Source: Eledone cirrhosa
Lineage: Eukaryota
DNA: 64,000 bases
Reading direction: 5' to 3'
Assembly: GCA_964016885.1 (NCBI GenBank)
Contig: OZ024751.1
Coordinates: forward strand, 24,118,001-24,182,000
The stretch's first letter is position 1. Each line of letters starts with the position of its first letter. The position numbers and the translations under genes are program-made. This document shows, piece after piece, positions 1 to 16,465 of the stretch. The notes under the pieces were generated by a model. The model saw only the letters and a list, made by a program, of their open reading frames with translations. It did not search any database and was not told the DNA's origin.

Positions 1-175
1 TATTTTTTTCTTTCTTTCCTGAAGAATTTTTTAACCAAGAACTCCTAAGACCTAACCAACAACCAACAACTTAATTTATAAAATTATTTTTTTTAAGAAA
101 AATTCTTTTTGGATTTTGTGAAGAAAATAAATTTGTTGAAAGCACAAGTGAAGCCATTTTTTCTTCCCCCCTATC

Positions 176-258
<83 letters not shown>

Positions 259-595
259 GTGTGTTTGTGTGTGCGCGCGTGTGTGTGTGTGTGTGTGAGT
301 GTGCATACGTGAGTGTGTGTGTGAAAGGTAGACGGAATCAACAAAGCAAACAATACAGTACAATAAGTCAACGTTACGAATTCTAGTCCCAGATAGACAA
401 GACTTAACATTTTGTATCATATATATATAGTATAAAAGAAAAAACACAGGTAGGCATTTTCTCTTTTATACTTTATACTCCAAGATTGAACGGAATTCTT
501 ACAAACTTGTGGAGTTACCCCGTTGAAACAGTTCATGAAACTGGGTTTCTTAACCACGAACTGGATCACAATTAGCAATTTTCTGCTTCCCTAAC

Positions 596-627
<32 letters not shown>

Positions 628-928
628 TATTATCGGATTTACAGAAACCTAGTGAAGATGTTATATAATATTATGTAATATGTCCATGATGGTCAAGGTA
701 ACAGTCAAACTTTTCCCTGAGTCGGTTTTTTTCGTCGTTATGCTCCTAGCGGCTCGCTTTTCGGTCGCTGGCTTCAAATTTGCATAGCTGTCTAAACGTA
801 ATGTTATAACTCTAAGGTAAAATTCCTTATTGAGTGCTTTTGGCTGCAGTTCCCGACAGCATTCATTAGCTTGCCCGCAACCAGAGCTTCGATTATTCTG
901 TACTACCTTCTTATATATATATATATAT

Positions 929-1220
<292 letters not shown>

Positions 1221-1539
1221 GTGTGCGTCTGTGTGCGTGTGTGTGTGTCTGTGTGTGTCTGTGTGTGTGTGTGCGTGTGTGTGCTTGTGTGTGTGCGTGT
1301 GTGTCTGAATTTTTATTCGATTTCCTTGGTATAGTTTGATTTTTCTCTAAATGTCTATCGTCAGTTCCAGCAATCACTCACTAGACGCATTTGTTCCAAT
1401 AACCAATAGTTTCGATTCAATACTACATATTTAAGAATTCAGTCGGCATTCATCCATCAAATTGATGTAATAGTCTTCGATTCTGTTTATAATATACCAT
1501 TTCCATTAACCCTTCAATTTCAGCCCAAAGCTAACAATG

Positions 1540-2565
<1,026 letters not shown>

Positions 2566-2809
2566 GACTGCAGCTTTGCATGTCTGTGTGAAATCACTTC
2601 ATATAATGGAATATATAATTATTAAATTTTTGCAAATAAACATTTTTTATTATGATGAAATTTTCATTTGCTTACATTTTCTATTTGCTTACATTTATAT
2701 CGACTTCCAGTGACGCCGCCCCCAGACAATTAACTTCTAGTATATATAATCTTATTCATTGTGTGTATATGTGTGTAGGTGTATTTCTTCTATGTGTATG
2801 TGTATTCAG

Positions 2810-2950
2810 GTGGCAAATTTGCATAATCGTTAGAACGTCGAATAGATTACTTTGCTACTCCCTGCGTTCAAATCCCGCCGAGGTCAACTTTAACTTTTAT
2901 CCATTCGAATTCAATAAAAATAGTACCAGTTTAATACTGGGGTCGAATGT
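2810..2950 (+). mobile_element. tRNA-derived CORE-like SINE (family A), partial
   Basis: gttcaaatcccgccgaggtcaactt (B-box-like) followed by agtaccag...actggggtcga. Confidence 0.75.
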
Positions 2951-3292
2951 TGCTCAATATCTCTTTCTCACTTTCTCATTCTCTATCCTTCTCTGGAAGA
3001 AATCTGCTGTATCACAACCTGAAAATCTCGTGTATCATTACGGCGCCTCAATGACTCTCTCAGATGTTAAGAGACCATGCATGTATGTGTGTGTATTCAT
3101 GAGTGTGTGTGTGTGTATATGTATGTGTATTCATGTGTGTGTGGCTGTGTATGTGTGTGTGTGTTTGTGCGTGTGTGCATTGTAATGTAATTATTAACAT
3201 ATAAAAATTAATTAAGTAGACATCAATATCTACAATCTCGACTTATGATATAAACTCGTACCTACATAAATATGTAATTTATTTAATTTAAT

Positions 3293-3565
3293 GGTTTCTG
3301 ATTTAGTCACAATGCTAACAATTTGTGCGAGGGTCAGAGGAAAGTCGATTAAATCGACACCAGTGCGTTACTGGTACCTTATTTTATCGACCCCCCCCCC
3401 CCCCCGTAAGGAAAAAACGCAAAACTAACCGCGGAGGAATTCCGAACATAAAGTTTCGTAAATATATGCCAGGAAGCATGTTGACGGAGGAATTCCGAAC
3501 ATAAAGTTTCGTAAATATATGCCAGGAAGCATGTTGACCAATGTTTTACCGATTCTGCTAATCCC
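3293..3565 (-). mobile_element. SINE family A with an internal ~54-bp tandem duplication
   Basis: Reverse complement of the family A body; cggaggaattccgaac...gcatgttgac occurs twice. Confidence 0.75.
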
Positions 3566-4165
3566 CTATTCTTTTAGTTTAGTGACTGTAATAGTAAAAA
3601 AAATATATAAAAGATGATTAGGAATTATTGTTCCATTATGAATAAGATAACCAGGTTAGCTCAATAAAGATACTTAGCATCCATATCTCAGCTATACATC
3701 CGTGTGATACAATATAAATACAGATAACTGAATCAGAAAGAAAATGATATTACCAGCCATGTCCTAGCTGTAAATCCGAACGGAACCCAAACAAGTACTT
3801 TTATTCTCAAACTTAAATGATTTTCAGTTGTTTTTGTTGTTGTCACTGTTCTACAACAACATTTATGAAGAAAATGTGCCATAGCTGATCAGTAAGTTAA
3901 ATAAATTTTATGTGAACAAGTTTATTATTGGAGATTTATCTGTAAAATAGTTAATGTATTGTGTGATGATGATTATAATAGAAGTAAAAGTGAAAATATA
4001 TGTTTTATTTGTAATATTGCAGTAGAATTATAAACGTAAAGCGGATATTTATTGTGGTGAAGTTTCTTGACGTAAATGAATTTATTAGCTGAATCTACAC
4101 ATATGTGAAATTGCATTTACATGCGATAACGTCACACAATTATTGAGACACTCCTACACATATAA

Positions 4166-4287
4166 ACAGGCATTCGTACATACGATTATATATATATATG
4201 TGTGTGTGTGTGTGAGTGTGTGTGTGGGTATATATATATATATATATATATACACCCACACATACACACACACACACGCACACACAC

Positions 4288-4329
<42 letters not shown>

Positions 4330-4574
4330 TGGTGTGTGTGTTGGTGTGTGTGTGTGTGTGTGTATATAGATATATATGAGTGTGTGAGTGTGTGTGTGTG
4401 TGTATGTGTGGGTGTATATATATATATATATATACCCACACATACACACACACACTCACACACTCATATATATCTATATACATACACATACACACACACA
4501 CATATATATATATATATGTGTGTGCGTGAGTGTGTGTGTGTGTATGTGTGGGTGTATATATATATATATATACC

Positions 4575-4618
<44 letters not shown>

Positions 4619-4640
4619 ATCGTATGTACGAATGCCTGTA
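4166..4640. repeat. Fold-back made of mixed (TG/CA/TA)n bounded by ~25-bp inverted repeats
   Basis: acaggcattcgtacatacgattata ... tataatcgtatgtacgaatgcctgt. Confidence 0.8.
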
Positions 4641-4660
4641 TATATATATATATACACACA

Positions 4661-4735
<75 letters not shown>

Positions 4736-7734
4736 TGAGAACATTTTAGAGGATCTTGCATTATTTGTGATAAAACTTGGAACATTAATAATAGAAAGAC
4801 ATAAAGTCAGACACTTTCAATAAATGTTTTCGTATTTATGAGTTAATACTCTGCAAAAGCTATATAAAAATTTGTTTTCGCGTGAAAAGCAATTATTCCA
4901 AAATTAACATATAGTCAAAGCTGTTTCACCCCCAACGAACAAGGAATGACCTCACTGTAACGTGGATTTCAATTATATGTATCTGGAAGAATTATATTTA
5001 GCATTTTAGTGTCGGTTAGATATTAAAAAACGAAAATAAAAATGCAAAAGAAAAGGAAAAAAAAGCAGAAGAATATAACCTGAAATGAAATTGTTTTCAT
5101 GTAAAAAAGAAAGCAACAACAACAATAAAGAAATACGTTAATATCCAACATCGATAATTTTGCCTAAAATAGGCAGTAAAATTGTAAATGTTTTGGAATA
5201 TTGGATGGGATGATTTCAGATTTTCGTTTCTATTCTCTCCACTCCCAGATCAAATCCTGTCAAGGTCAACTTTGCCTTTCATTCTTTCGAGGTCGATAAA
5301 CAAAGTATCAGTCCAGTACTGTACTCAATTCTTCCTCTATTTCTCCTCTCTTTTTATTTATTTCCCTTGTATGAATTTCCTGTGTTTAGACATGGAAAGG
5401 AATGGGCTCCGGCAAGTTCTAAATGGCCAAAACATAACAGAGCTCTTATATCTCCTTTAGGACTTCCAAGCCATCACGCTTACAAAATTTAGATAGTTTT
5501 AGATATCTATCATTATCCAAAGTGATATGGAATCCTATTTTTGCCGATTGTATTTGTGATCGTATTCTTTCGGTTATTACCCAAGATTCATAGTTAGCGA
5601 TAAACACGAACACCGAATTGAAGATAACAATTCAAACATTTACACCTACCTCTTTTCTTCTGAAGGATGAAAATCAAGGCTGAGTTTGGTAGGATTTGAA
5701 CTCAGAATTACAGAGCTAGTACATATACCACAATCCATGTTAACCATGGTCCTTCAAATTCTGCCAATTTCCTGCCTAACATTTACTATCATAATTACAT
5801 TTCATTTCCAAGTTTTATATTACATCAACTTTCGTCTCCTGAAAATATCTTCATTTTATTAATTTGAAATTTCTGGGTGAAAATAGCTACAAAAAGTAAA
5901 ACTAAAAATGACATTTGAATCATTTAATAAGTTAATTATACGCTTTTATTATTATCATTATTGTTTGTTTTTTTCTCAGAAAATTTCAATTGTTCACTTG
6001 TACAAAATAGGAAATGTTTATATCAATCAAGATGTATAATTCTAAATATATATTATCACCAATGATATGAAGTTAACCAGAAAATCAATCCCAAATACCA
6101 AATGTAATCACAGTGTTCACATCTGCACGACTTCAAACAAATGAAAAGGAGAGAACAAAAATAAATTTAAATATTTTCTTTTGATTTGCTTCCTCCTTTA
6201 TCTTGCCATTTAGAACAAACAGATGTCATTTCTAGTTGAATTAAATTAAAGGAATATATTTACTGCTGACTAAACTGAGATTGATCAAAGAATATATTTA
6301 GACATCACCTAACTAGCAATAATGTTAAACTCGAGATTCTGTTGTCTTATTTTTATCATTCTTTCTCTCTCTTTGTTTTAATTCAATCTTAATATTAGAT
6401 GAAAGCGATTTCAATAAATATGCGAATTTCTAAATCTAGTTCAATTGTTAACTGGTTTACACGTAAATAAACACCACCATTTTAGACAACTAGAAAATAA
6501 CAGCGAGGGTGGGTTGATGATGTAGTAACCTTTTATTTAATTGATTTTGTTTAGATATAAATAATCTCTGATCGAGCTAGCATAAAGTTAGAAATATCCA
6601 CAGTTTCTGGTCCTGTAAAATCCTCTCCATGGTGCAAGCCTGGGCAAGATATTTTTACGGAAGACCAACAATCACCCATACATGTTAGTTTAACTTCTGT
6701 TTTTTTTTCTTCATTTCTCAAATATTTAAGTTCATTATTATAAGTGTAAAAGGGCGGTGGATTGGCAGTATCAGTAGAGGGTCGGACACCATGCTTTGCA
6801 GCATAGAGTTACGGCCCTTTATGATCTGAGATTAAAAGCATCAAAATATGACACATACGTATGTTTATGAAGCAGAAATATTTTTAAATATAAAAAAAAA
6901 AGGAATGTTAAGGATATCAAATTCCTAATATATAGAACTCTGAATTTGAATTACATATTGGATTAATGGAACACACGTTGTCGAAACCGACGAAGGTCCT
7001 TCCCATCCGGCGGCAAGTAGAAGCCTCACTGCACTGCGAATCACTGACTGAATCCCATTCGTTTAAGCATTAATGATATTACTAACAATATCTCTGTCAA
7101 AATGTGTTATTCTATCGGGTAGCTTGTTTTCTTTCTGAGCAATATTTCAAATTTAATTACCTAAAATTTTTAAAATTTTAAGACATTCATCAATATTTCG
7201 GAGATTTTAGTAATAAATCTAGACATTAAATGCAATTTCCAATGGAAGCTGTTTAATAAATTGCATTTACAGGTGGTAGATTGCGAATAGCTATTTATTA
7301 GATTGCATTTACGGAAAGAGTATGCAGAAATGACAGAGAAGCGAACCGAAATGTTTGCGTCCTCGATAACGCCTCTTTATATTCTGAGTTAAAATGTCGT
7401 CAGATTCTAAATTGCTTAACTTCATTTTGGGTAATTTGGAGATTCCATTTAATCGGTTGTCGTTCTTAATGATTGCGACCGTGTGACAATATCACTTAAT
7501 AATATTCCATTAATAAAGGCACTTAGGAGCAGGACGGATAGACTGCTGGGCGAAATACCAAGATATAGAACTTCTACAATATTAGTTGGACTAGCTGAAA
7601 TTCCAATTTTTCGCCATTATTAAAACAATTAACACTCAAATAATGAGCTTGAAATAAACGTATTCTCAAATGTCTAACCTTGTGCAATGTCAGAAAGAAT
7701 AATTTTGCAATTATTCATTAAGGTAATTGTTAAT

Positions 7735-7905
7735 TTTAATCTAAGTAGCAAGGCCAGCAAGTTTAAGAGATGGGCAAATTTGATTAAATCAAACCCACTA
7801 CTTCAATGGTACTTTATTTAATCGGTCTCTAAAGGATGAAAGCCAAACTTAACCACAGATTTGAACTTAGAATGTAAAGAAGCAAAACAAATATTGCTAC
7901 GAATT
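7735..7905 (-). mobile_element. SINE family A, degraded
   Basis: caaggccagcaa...ggtactttatt...aggatgaaagccaaac. Confidence 0.65.
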
Positions 7906-8428
7906 TGACACCTTCCATTTAATTATTTAATTATTGAATTATTTAATTATGAGTGAGAGCTAATTATGAGTGAGAGCTAATTTTTCACAGCTGTATTCAT
8001 ATATCTGTATTCATATCTTCAGGACAGTTCATGATAACAGCCAACGTTTGAACAATTTTGACAGAACAGTTTTAAATATGGAAGCACACAAAGAATAATG
8101 AAAATTAAGAGAAACCAAAGTATGGAAGCAATTGGTATGAATTTGGTCATAGGTATGATTTCTTAGAGCAGACCTACGGTTATATCGCAAAAACAACAAA
8201 AGCAACAGCAGCAACAACAACACTATGTTATCACTGTATTTCCAGATAACCCCTATGTCCTAATTTGAAAATAAATCGGTTTGGAAATGGCGCAATATAT
8301 GAGGGGTAAAATCAATACAATTGACCCAGTGTTTCTATCGATTCTGAAAAAGGAACCAAAAATATGACATCGACAATCACCAGGTGTATATGCAGTGTCT
8401 AAATGCCTTATGTATCATAAGCTATATA

Positions 8429-8628
8429 CGAGGCTCGCCTGAAATCTTCTTAGGCTGGCTAAGAAAGGAGTCATACTAGAGTTGTGAAATCTTGCAAGAA
8501 TTAATTTCAAATCTTCTTATTAATAAGTGCATTGTTTCTTTCTAGAGAATATGTTGAAAACATAAACCTTGTTTGGTCATTCCAGGAGAGTATTTTGGAC
8601 GGCCTATGAATTTGTCAGCCGACCCTTT
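8429..8628. mobile_element. mariner/Tc1-derived MITE
   Basis: Imperfect TIRs cgaggctcgcctgaaatcttcttaggc / gcctatgaatttgtcagccgaccc, flanked by TA. Confidence 0.65.
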
Positions 8629-9080
8629 TATAATCCATTAAGCTAGTGTAATGTCATGACCATGTCATTACTCTAACAGTATGTAATGTTGATTCTCTAC
8701 AACGTAGATATTTTGACATAATCTAACTGAACACCATTCATCCAATCTCTTCACATACCTTGTACAGATTTTAGACTTTGACACATAGCATACACACACA
8801 TACGCACGCATACACACACATACACTATATATATATATATGTATATGTATATATACATATGTATCTTTATATATATATACGTATTTATGTAGACATGTGT
8901 ACATATATATGCATAATATATATATATAATATAATACATATTACATATATATATATATATATACATATATATACTATAATATATATACATATTATATATA
9001 TATATATTTATATATATATATACACATATATATACAGTATATATATATATATACTTATATATATGAACATATATACATAC

Positions 9081-9199
<119 letters not shown>

Positions 9200-9559
9200 T
9201 ATATATATAAATCATTACTAAAATAAAGTAATGTTGGTTCCAACTGGAAAGCAGACGATTTGGCAGACATGATTCATTATAAATATCTTATGGTTTCTTC
9301 CAAATATAGACTACTTCTCATTGGATTTATCGAGTATTCAGTAATACAGTGTAATCGAAACATGAGAAGCGGCGTCTATTATACGTTTAGGAGGAAAAGA
9401 AGAATGAAAAGTAGAATGAAAGATGAGAGAGGTGGGTGTAAACCCTGATTAGCAACACAAACTCACCGACTTTATATGATTACTTGATCTGTATCCAGTT
9501 TAACTGATGTCTTATGCTCGTGCTCACATGCGTGTAGATATATTAATTTTATTATATGT

Positions 9560-9825
9560 CACCTTGATCACCTTGACCGACCAGTCTGTCGGGCGTCCAA
9601 TCGCCGCCGCTGGTCACAGCACGTCGTGCTGTTTTAGCCATAAGATAACGTCATCCCACTGGCTGGGCGGGCAGGCCGGTACTCATTTCTACAGCTGAGT
9701 AAACTGGAGCAACGTGAAATAAAGTATCTTGCTCAAGGAAACAACACATCCATCACTCGTCCGAGCATTGAACTCACAACCTTTCGATTGCAAGCCCAAT
9801 GCTCTAACCACTAACCATGCGCCTT
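9560..9825 (-). mobile_element. tRNA-derived SINE family B
   Basis: Minus strand has A/B-box-like tRNA head (tggttagtggttagagc...gagttcaatgc) then ccttgagcaagatactttatttcacgttgctccag. Confidence 0.8.
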
Positions 9826-9869
9826 CACTTATTATTATATATATATACGTATATATATATATATATAAC

Positions 9870-10050
9870 AATAATTGTTTCTACTTTAGGCACAAGTCCA
9901 GCAATTATCCAGTGCATTACTGGTACTTTATTTTATCGACCCCGTAAGGATGAAAGGCAAAGTCAACCTCGGCGGGATTTGAACTCAGATCGTAAAGGGA
10001 CGTAACTATGCTGGAAAGCATGGTGTCCGACCCTCTACCGATACTGCCAA
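9870..10050 (-). mobile_element. SINE family A, short subfamily
   Basis: High identity to 47147-47332 and 55515-55690. Confidence 0.85.
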
Positions 10051-10214
10051 AACAATAATAAAAGGACGATTGTTATGTCTTCATTACATTTATTGATTGG
10101 TGAAGCACCTTTCGCTATTGATCATCTCAAGTTTCGATCTGTATCGATCTGGCCAAACTCTGGAATCAAAAGCTCGTCGGACCTCTGCTGTGGTAATGAC
10201 AGAATGTGGGAGTC

Positions 10215-10251
<37 letters not shown>

Positions 10252-10614
10252 AATAGGTTTTTGTTGTTTCAGACAAACCTGTAGAGCTTGGATATAATAT
10301 TTAATTTGTCGACGTTTCTATAAAAGAAGGCTTGAATTGGCAAAGTGGTCAAGTGTGTCTTTGATAGAATATGCCTCGGTTTTGTTCAGACTTAATGTGC
10401 TTTGAGTTCAACCTTTCGAGGTCGATAAATAAAGACCCAATCTAATAATGGAGTATCAGCATGTGCACCATTATTAGACTATATTTTGTTATCAATTTTA
10501 TGGAGACACTTCTATTTTTATTCCAATTCGAAATTTTCACAATCTTCACACGCCGTGTTCCAAACATATTTCCTTTGTACAATTTATTGATTTAATAATT
10601 GAAACTAATATATT

Positions 10615-10732
10615 TTGTATTCAAATCCCGCTGAGGTTGACTTTGCCTTTCATCCTTACGGGGTCGATAAAATAAAGTAGCAGTAATGCACTTGGTAATT
10701 GCTGGCCTTGTGCCTAAAGTAGAAACAATTAT
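10615..10732 (+). mobile_element. SINE family A, 5'-truncated
   Basis: ttcaaatcccgctgaggttgactttgcctttcatccttacggggtcgataaaat. Confidence 0.85.
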
Positions 10733-11094
10733 TTTTTCACTTAAATACTTGAGGTATTTTGACATCAAATGTCAATCTTCTTACAAAATATTATTCTAAT
10801 GTATAGTCGCCTCAAGGTGTAAATATCTATTGTACAAGGGATTAAAGAAAGGCTCATTTTTAGACAGAGAAAATGATTTTGCTTTTGATGACATTAATAA
10901 TTAGTTGAAAGTAAATGATTTCTAAATGATTCCCTAGAGAAATTCCTCAGCTATATGATATTCCATAGTTACTTTATTATGCAAATCTTCCTTCTCGAAT
11001 CTAATATCCCGAATGCTAATAATGTGAATTACTCGTGTACGGAATTACTAATCAATGAGCTGCGTTTACTTATCAATATTGTGGTATATAATGA

Positions 11095-11760
11095 CAGTAG
11101 ATTGGCAATATCGGTAGAGGGTCGGACGCCATGCTTTGCATCATGGAGTTACGGCCTTTTGCGGTCTGAGTTCAAATCGCGCCGAGGTTACTTTTCCCTT
11201 TCGTCCTTACGGGCTCGATAAAATAAAGTACCAGTAATGCACTGGAGTAATTGCTGGCCTTGTGCCAAAAGTAGAAACAATATTGTCGTTTACAGCAGGT
11301 TTACAGCAGATTTCAGCATTGGATGAGTTGTTAGAGCACCCAGGCAAAATGGTTTGTGGAATTTAGTTATGGCCTTTTATGTTCTGTGTTCAAATCCCAC
11401 CAAGGTTAACTTTGCCTTTCATCCTTACGAGGTCGATAAAATAAAGTACCAGTAACGCACTGGGCTCGAAATAATCGAACTTCACGCCCCTCATTTGCTA
11501 GCCTTGTGCCTAAATAAAAAAACAAATGTTTCGTTTACAGCTGGTCTATACGTTAGTGGAATCGTTAAAGTGCCCGGGCAAAACATCTTGATGGATTTAG
11601 GTACGGTGCGATTAAAGTTCTGAGTTAAATTTCCTTTCACCGAGGTCAAATTTGCGTTTCATCCTTCCAAGGTTCATGACATAATGTACCACTCAAGTAC
11701 TGGGGTCATTGTTATCGACTTCCTCCTCCCCTAAATGTCTGACCTTATGCGTATTTCAGC
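11095..11760 (+). mobile_element. Three head-to-tail SINE family A copies
   Basis: Copies at about 11095-11283, 11315-11525 and 11550-11760. Confidence 0.85.
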
Positions 11761-12227
11761 CAACAGTATTATCGTTTTCAGTTGAATGCCCTGTCTCTTT
11801 CCTTACATATTACTAAACCGTTGACGTCCCAATGTTTGCTCGAAGCAGCACTTATGTTCGTGTTAAGTTATACAAACACAAGACTATTAAATGTTAACCT
11901 GTTATAGTAATATGATATAAACAAGATATATGGATGATGTTTTTAACAGTTTTTCCTTGCCATTGATCGGTCAGTACACAAACAATAATTGTTACTGAAA
12001 TGTCAAACCTGATTAAATATAATTAAATGCTTACACAAATAATGTGTGTGACTGCAACGTAGCCCAGCCACCATGGTGTAATAATCTCCACAGTTACATT
12101 TATAAAGACGATGTTATTGCTACACTAAATAATTCATCGTATTTTATTGTTCAAATGATCACTTTGCTATCACGTTATCCGTGCTTTATCACATTGCATG
12201 CCGCTTTAGGAAAGTGTCTTCCACAAA

Positions 12228-12528
12228 GTCAGAAAACAGAATAGCTCTCATGATTTTCGGAAACATTTTTTACGCTCAGAGTTGCTGAAGCATGGAACAA
12301 ACTACCTGTATCAGTTGTTAGCTGCCGAGACACTGCATCCTTTAAAACCTCGATGCTTTCGGAAATTCGCCAACACTATAACTGATACACCCACTCCATA
12401 CACACACACACACACGTATATCATGACTCAAACACTGTTCATTTTCCTGAAATTTGTACATTGTTTTATGTGTTGTGCCTGCACCTTTGATGAGTTTTAC
12501 CTGAGCACTGTACACAATAATTTCATTA
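12228..12528 (+). mobile_element. CR1-type LINE 3' end relic
   Basis: Frameshifted translation HDFRKHF/TLRVAEAWNKLPVSVVSCRDTASFK fits the CR1 ORF2 C-terminal pattern (FFxxRVxxxWNxLP). Confidence 0.75.
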
Positions 12529-12750
12529 CGGTGGATTGGCAGTATCGGTAGAGGGTCGGACGCCATGCTTTGCTGCATAGAGTTACGGCCCTTTATGATA
12601 TGGGTTCAAATCCCGCCGAGTTTAACTTTGCCTTTCATCCTTACGGGGTCAATAAAATAAAGTACCAGTCACGCACTGGGGTCGATTTAATCGACTTCCC
12701 CTCCCCCAAAATTGCTGGCCTTTTGCCTATATAAGAAACCATTATTATTA
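12529..12750 (+). mobile_element. SINE family A, full-length long form
   Basis: Head, core, gtcgatttaatcgac hairpin and (att)n tail. Confidence 0.9.
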
Positions 12751-12934
12751 TTGTTTCAAATACGTGGCAAATGGCCTTGGATGGACGCAGATTCTCTGGA
12801 AGCCTATCCGAGGAAGTGTATCTAAGTCGAATTTGAATGAAATCTTAAAAAAAAAAAATCAAATGCAAAGACATATTTCATCATGACGAAGATGAAGCAT
12901 AGAAAGGACAGTTTGGACATAGCTATAGACCCAC

Positions 12935-12966
<32 letters not shown>

Positions 12967-13160
12967 TATACACACACACATACACGCGTGCACACCCACT
13001 ATCGAAGAAATTAAGGAGAAATCTGCCAGAAATCTAAGCAAGGAGGATGAATCCGATAAGTCAATATGATATGTTCGTCGATATTATTAGATATTATACA
13101 CTGTACAGATGGGAAGTGGATCTGGTCATTATAATGAACACACATACATTATAACACACT

Positions 13161-13240
<80 letters not shown>

Positions 13241-13275
13241 TTATATATATATATATTATATATTTATATATATTT

Positions 13276-13334
13276 ATAGGAAAAAGTATGACCCCGACGG
13301 CAAAGCTCAAGCCGTTTCAACGGCTATTTCTGGA

Positions 13335-13369
<35 letters not shown>

Positions 13370-13432
13370 GAGTCCAGAAATAGCCGTCGAAACGGCTTGA
13401 GCTCTGCCGTCGGGGTCATACTTCTTCCTATA
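13276..13432. mobile_element. Fold-back of repeat family 4
   Basis: ~63-bp inverted arms around (CT)n(AT)n; same sequence at 46328-46392 and 54748-54817, related at 31825-31926. Confidence 0.8.
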
Positions 13433-13433
13433 A

Positions 13434-13500
<67 letters not shown>

Positions 13501-13676
13501 TATATATATATATATGAGGGTGGAGTCTTCGACTGAGGGTGAAGTCTTCGACTTGGCCTGAGCATGGACTCAAACTCAAATGAAATGAAATGAAATGAAA
13601 TATATATATATATTTGGGTCGTTAAGTATGAAATTTGTAGAAATTTGTTTTTTCTACAAATTTCATTCTTGACGAC

Positions 13677-13759
<83 letters not shown>

Positions 13760-13808
13760 AGGTAAGCAGAACAAGCAAAATTCAACCAATTTTTCAAAAT
13801 AAATCAAA

Positions 13809-13852
<44 letters not shown>

Positions 13853-14823
13853 ATACAAAATGAAATGGTGTGCGTATTTAAAATGAAAGCGAGAGGAGTA
13901 TCACACCTCATATTTTCTACATATCATAGACATCTTAAATTCCCTTTCATAGTACTGTGGAATGTGTGGGATGTGATAACATGCAAGCTAGTCCAGAATT
14001 AAACAGCAACGAGGTATGATCTTCCGAATTAGACAGGGCTTTAAGAAAAAAAGGATAGACAATGCGAAAAGAAAGGAAATAATAGAAAGAGGCGTCCAAA
14101 AGGAAATTGAAAAAGATATTTTTAGATTTCTATTTCTATACAAACCAAGTAAAGTCAATCAATAATATGGGTAAGATAACATACGTAAGTGATATGTTCT
14201 GTATACTAAATATATTGGGGTATCATATATTTAATATGGTGAATTGAAAATCCTTCTATCACCATAGATAACCGAAGCAATTAGGAGGAAATTCTGTGAG
14301 AAGCCTAAGCAATGGAGTTAAATCCAATAAGCCAATATGATATATTCATTGATAATTTTAGACAATATATACAATACTGATAGGAAGTGGATCTGGTCTT
14401 CATAATGAACTTGTAAAGCAACGAACGAAATATATTCTACATAGTTGCCAGGACTGGGACAGATCGATATATAAAGAGAATATTTTTGCTTTTTATCAAT
14501 GTCGGTTATATGAGAAAAGTACGTTGGTTTAGAATCATTGTTTGTAATCGACACAGTGTAACCTTTGAATTTTGACTTTGTCTTGTGATTGATTGTTTTC
14601 TCATTTTCTTTTTCTCTTTAAATAGAGTCTCATGTTAGCATAGACATTATAAAAGTTGAAAGTTATCATCGAATTTATAGCGTCTCTCTCAATTTATCAT
14701 TTTATAATTTAGAAGAAAAAAAAGCGATCGTTATACAGCTGAAGCTGATGCAATAATGTGCGAGTTTAGCACTCGCTCTTTTGAAGAATTGTAGGCATAA
14801 ATTCCAAACTCGCTAGCTTCTGT

Positions 14824-15277
14824 TCTGTGTTCTAGCCTCTCCTTATCTATGGTTATGAATCTCGAGCAGTGACTGAAAGAATACGATCGCGAATACTGGC
14901 GGCCGAAATGGGGTTCCTCCAAAGGGTCTTTGGGGTAACGTTACTCGATAGAATGCATAGCTCGGAGATCTAGAAGTCGTTCCAGGTAGAGCCAAGATTC
15001 CTCCAAATCTATAAATCATAGCTACCGTACTACGAGCATGTGGTTATAATGTGTAAGGACAGATTTTATGTACAAAAGCAACCGGCACCAGATCCAGGGA
15101 TGTACAAAGTCGTTTGGTGTTATTTAGAGACAGACACTTTTGATAGGACCCTCTGAAGAAGAAGAAGAAGAAGAAGAAGAAGAAGAAGAAGAAGAAGAAG
15201 AAGAAGAAGAAGAAGAAGAAGAAGAAGAAGAAGAAGAAGAAGAAGAAGAAGAAGAAGAAGAAGAAGAAGAAGAAGAA
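14824..15277 (+). mobile_element. RTE-clade (Rex3/Expander-like) LINE 3' relic followed by (GAA)n
   Basis: Translates SVF*PLLIYGYESRAVTERIRSRILAAEMGFLQRVFGVTLLDRMHSSEI*KSFQVEP...YYEHVVIM. Confidence 0.8.
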
Positions 15278-16159
15278 TTAAGCGACTGCCTTCGCGTCCA
15301 TTATTATATAGACGAGCAACTATTATTCAATTCATTGTGGGAGATTATTTCAATGGAAATGTGTATTAAATACGAAGTAAAAATGTTAATTCAATATGTA
15401 ATTTCACAGTTTCCAGTTTAATGTGGTTCAATAACGAGATTATAGATAGAAATAATAGATCGTATAGAATAAATGACGATATGTTTAACAAATAATAAAC
15501 GTTCATTAAAGCAAATAAGTTGAAAAGAAAATGAAATAAATTATTGAAATAGAGTAACTGCATCGAAGCCAATATTAATTTAGTGGCAAAAACAATATTA
15601 TAAATTTGAAAAAATAAAATAAAATAAAATAAAATGAAATAAAATGAAATAAAATGAAATAATATAAAATAAATTAAAATAAGATAAAACAAAATAATAT
15701 AAGATAAAATAAAATAAAATAATATAACATAATATATTGTTATAGAAATATCCTGAGGATACATGTCTAAGTTGTAATGAAGTTTTATTTATCCTTCATA
15801 TCAAATTAGTTGATAATTTTCTTTTCTTTACATTACTATAGAGACCTTCTAAATTTACGTTTTTTAACCGTACTTTGTTGAATAACAAGTCTAAGCTCTT
15901 TTAAGAATACATAATCACACATTTTGTTTAAGTTAAAGGGACAGCAGACAGAGATAGAACGCTTAATAAGAAATATCTATTAAAAAAATATAACAAAACT
16001 AGAAATGTTGACCACACAAAAAATATGCTGTTGAAACTAAGAAGAGTTTCAAACACAGTAAGTACCAAATCATAATAAAACCAAATTTGAGAACACATAG
16101 AAACTGATCAGCAACCAATATTGAAATAGAAAAACACCAGTAAAAAATAGACATTTATA

Positions 16160-16315
16160 ATAATTGTTTCTACTTTTGGCACAAGGCCAGCAAATACCCA
16201 GTGTATTACTGGCACTTTATTTTAAGGATGAAAGGCAAAGTTAATCTCGGCGGCATTTGAACTCAGATCATAAAGGTGCAAAGCATGGTGTCTGACCCTT
16301 TACCGATACTGCTGG
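16160..16315 (-). mobile_element. SINE family A, short subfamily
   Basis: Reverse complement of the family A body. Confidence 0.8.
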
Positions 16316-16465
16316 TCCACACTAGTAAAAAATAATGTGTTGAAGATTTACGAATAGAAAATGAGATGGCGAATATACATTTGAAGTACGTGAATTTGTA
16401 TCGATATATGGTATGAATAAACATTTTAAAAGCGTTCAGCTTTGTATTTGCAAACTGATAGCTTA

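Noticed and set aside
9750-9825. tRNA gene (also other SINE heads)
   Set aside because: A/B-box-like head continues into a SINE body; no intact cloverleaf seen
10105-10190. Possible minus-strand exon (AEVRRAFDSRVWPDRYRSKLEMINSE)
   Set aside because: Weak donor site and no recognisable homology
15140-15421. Poly-Glu ORF (also poly-K/M/S at 30021-30320 and poly-T/V/Y at 28513-28816)
   Set aside because: Trinucleotide microsatellites, partly LINE tails
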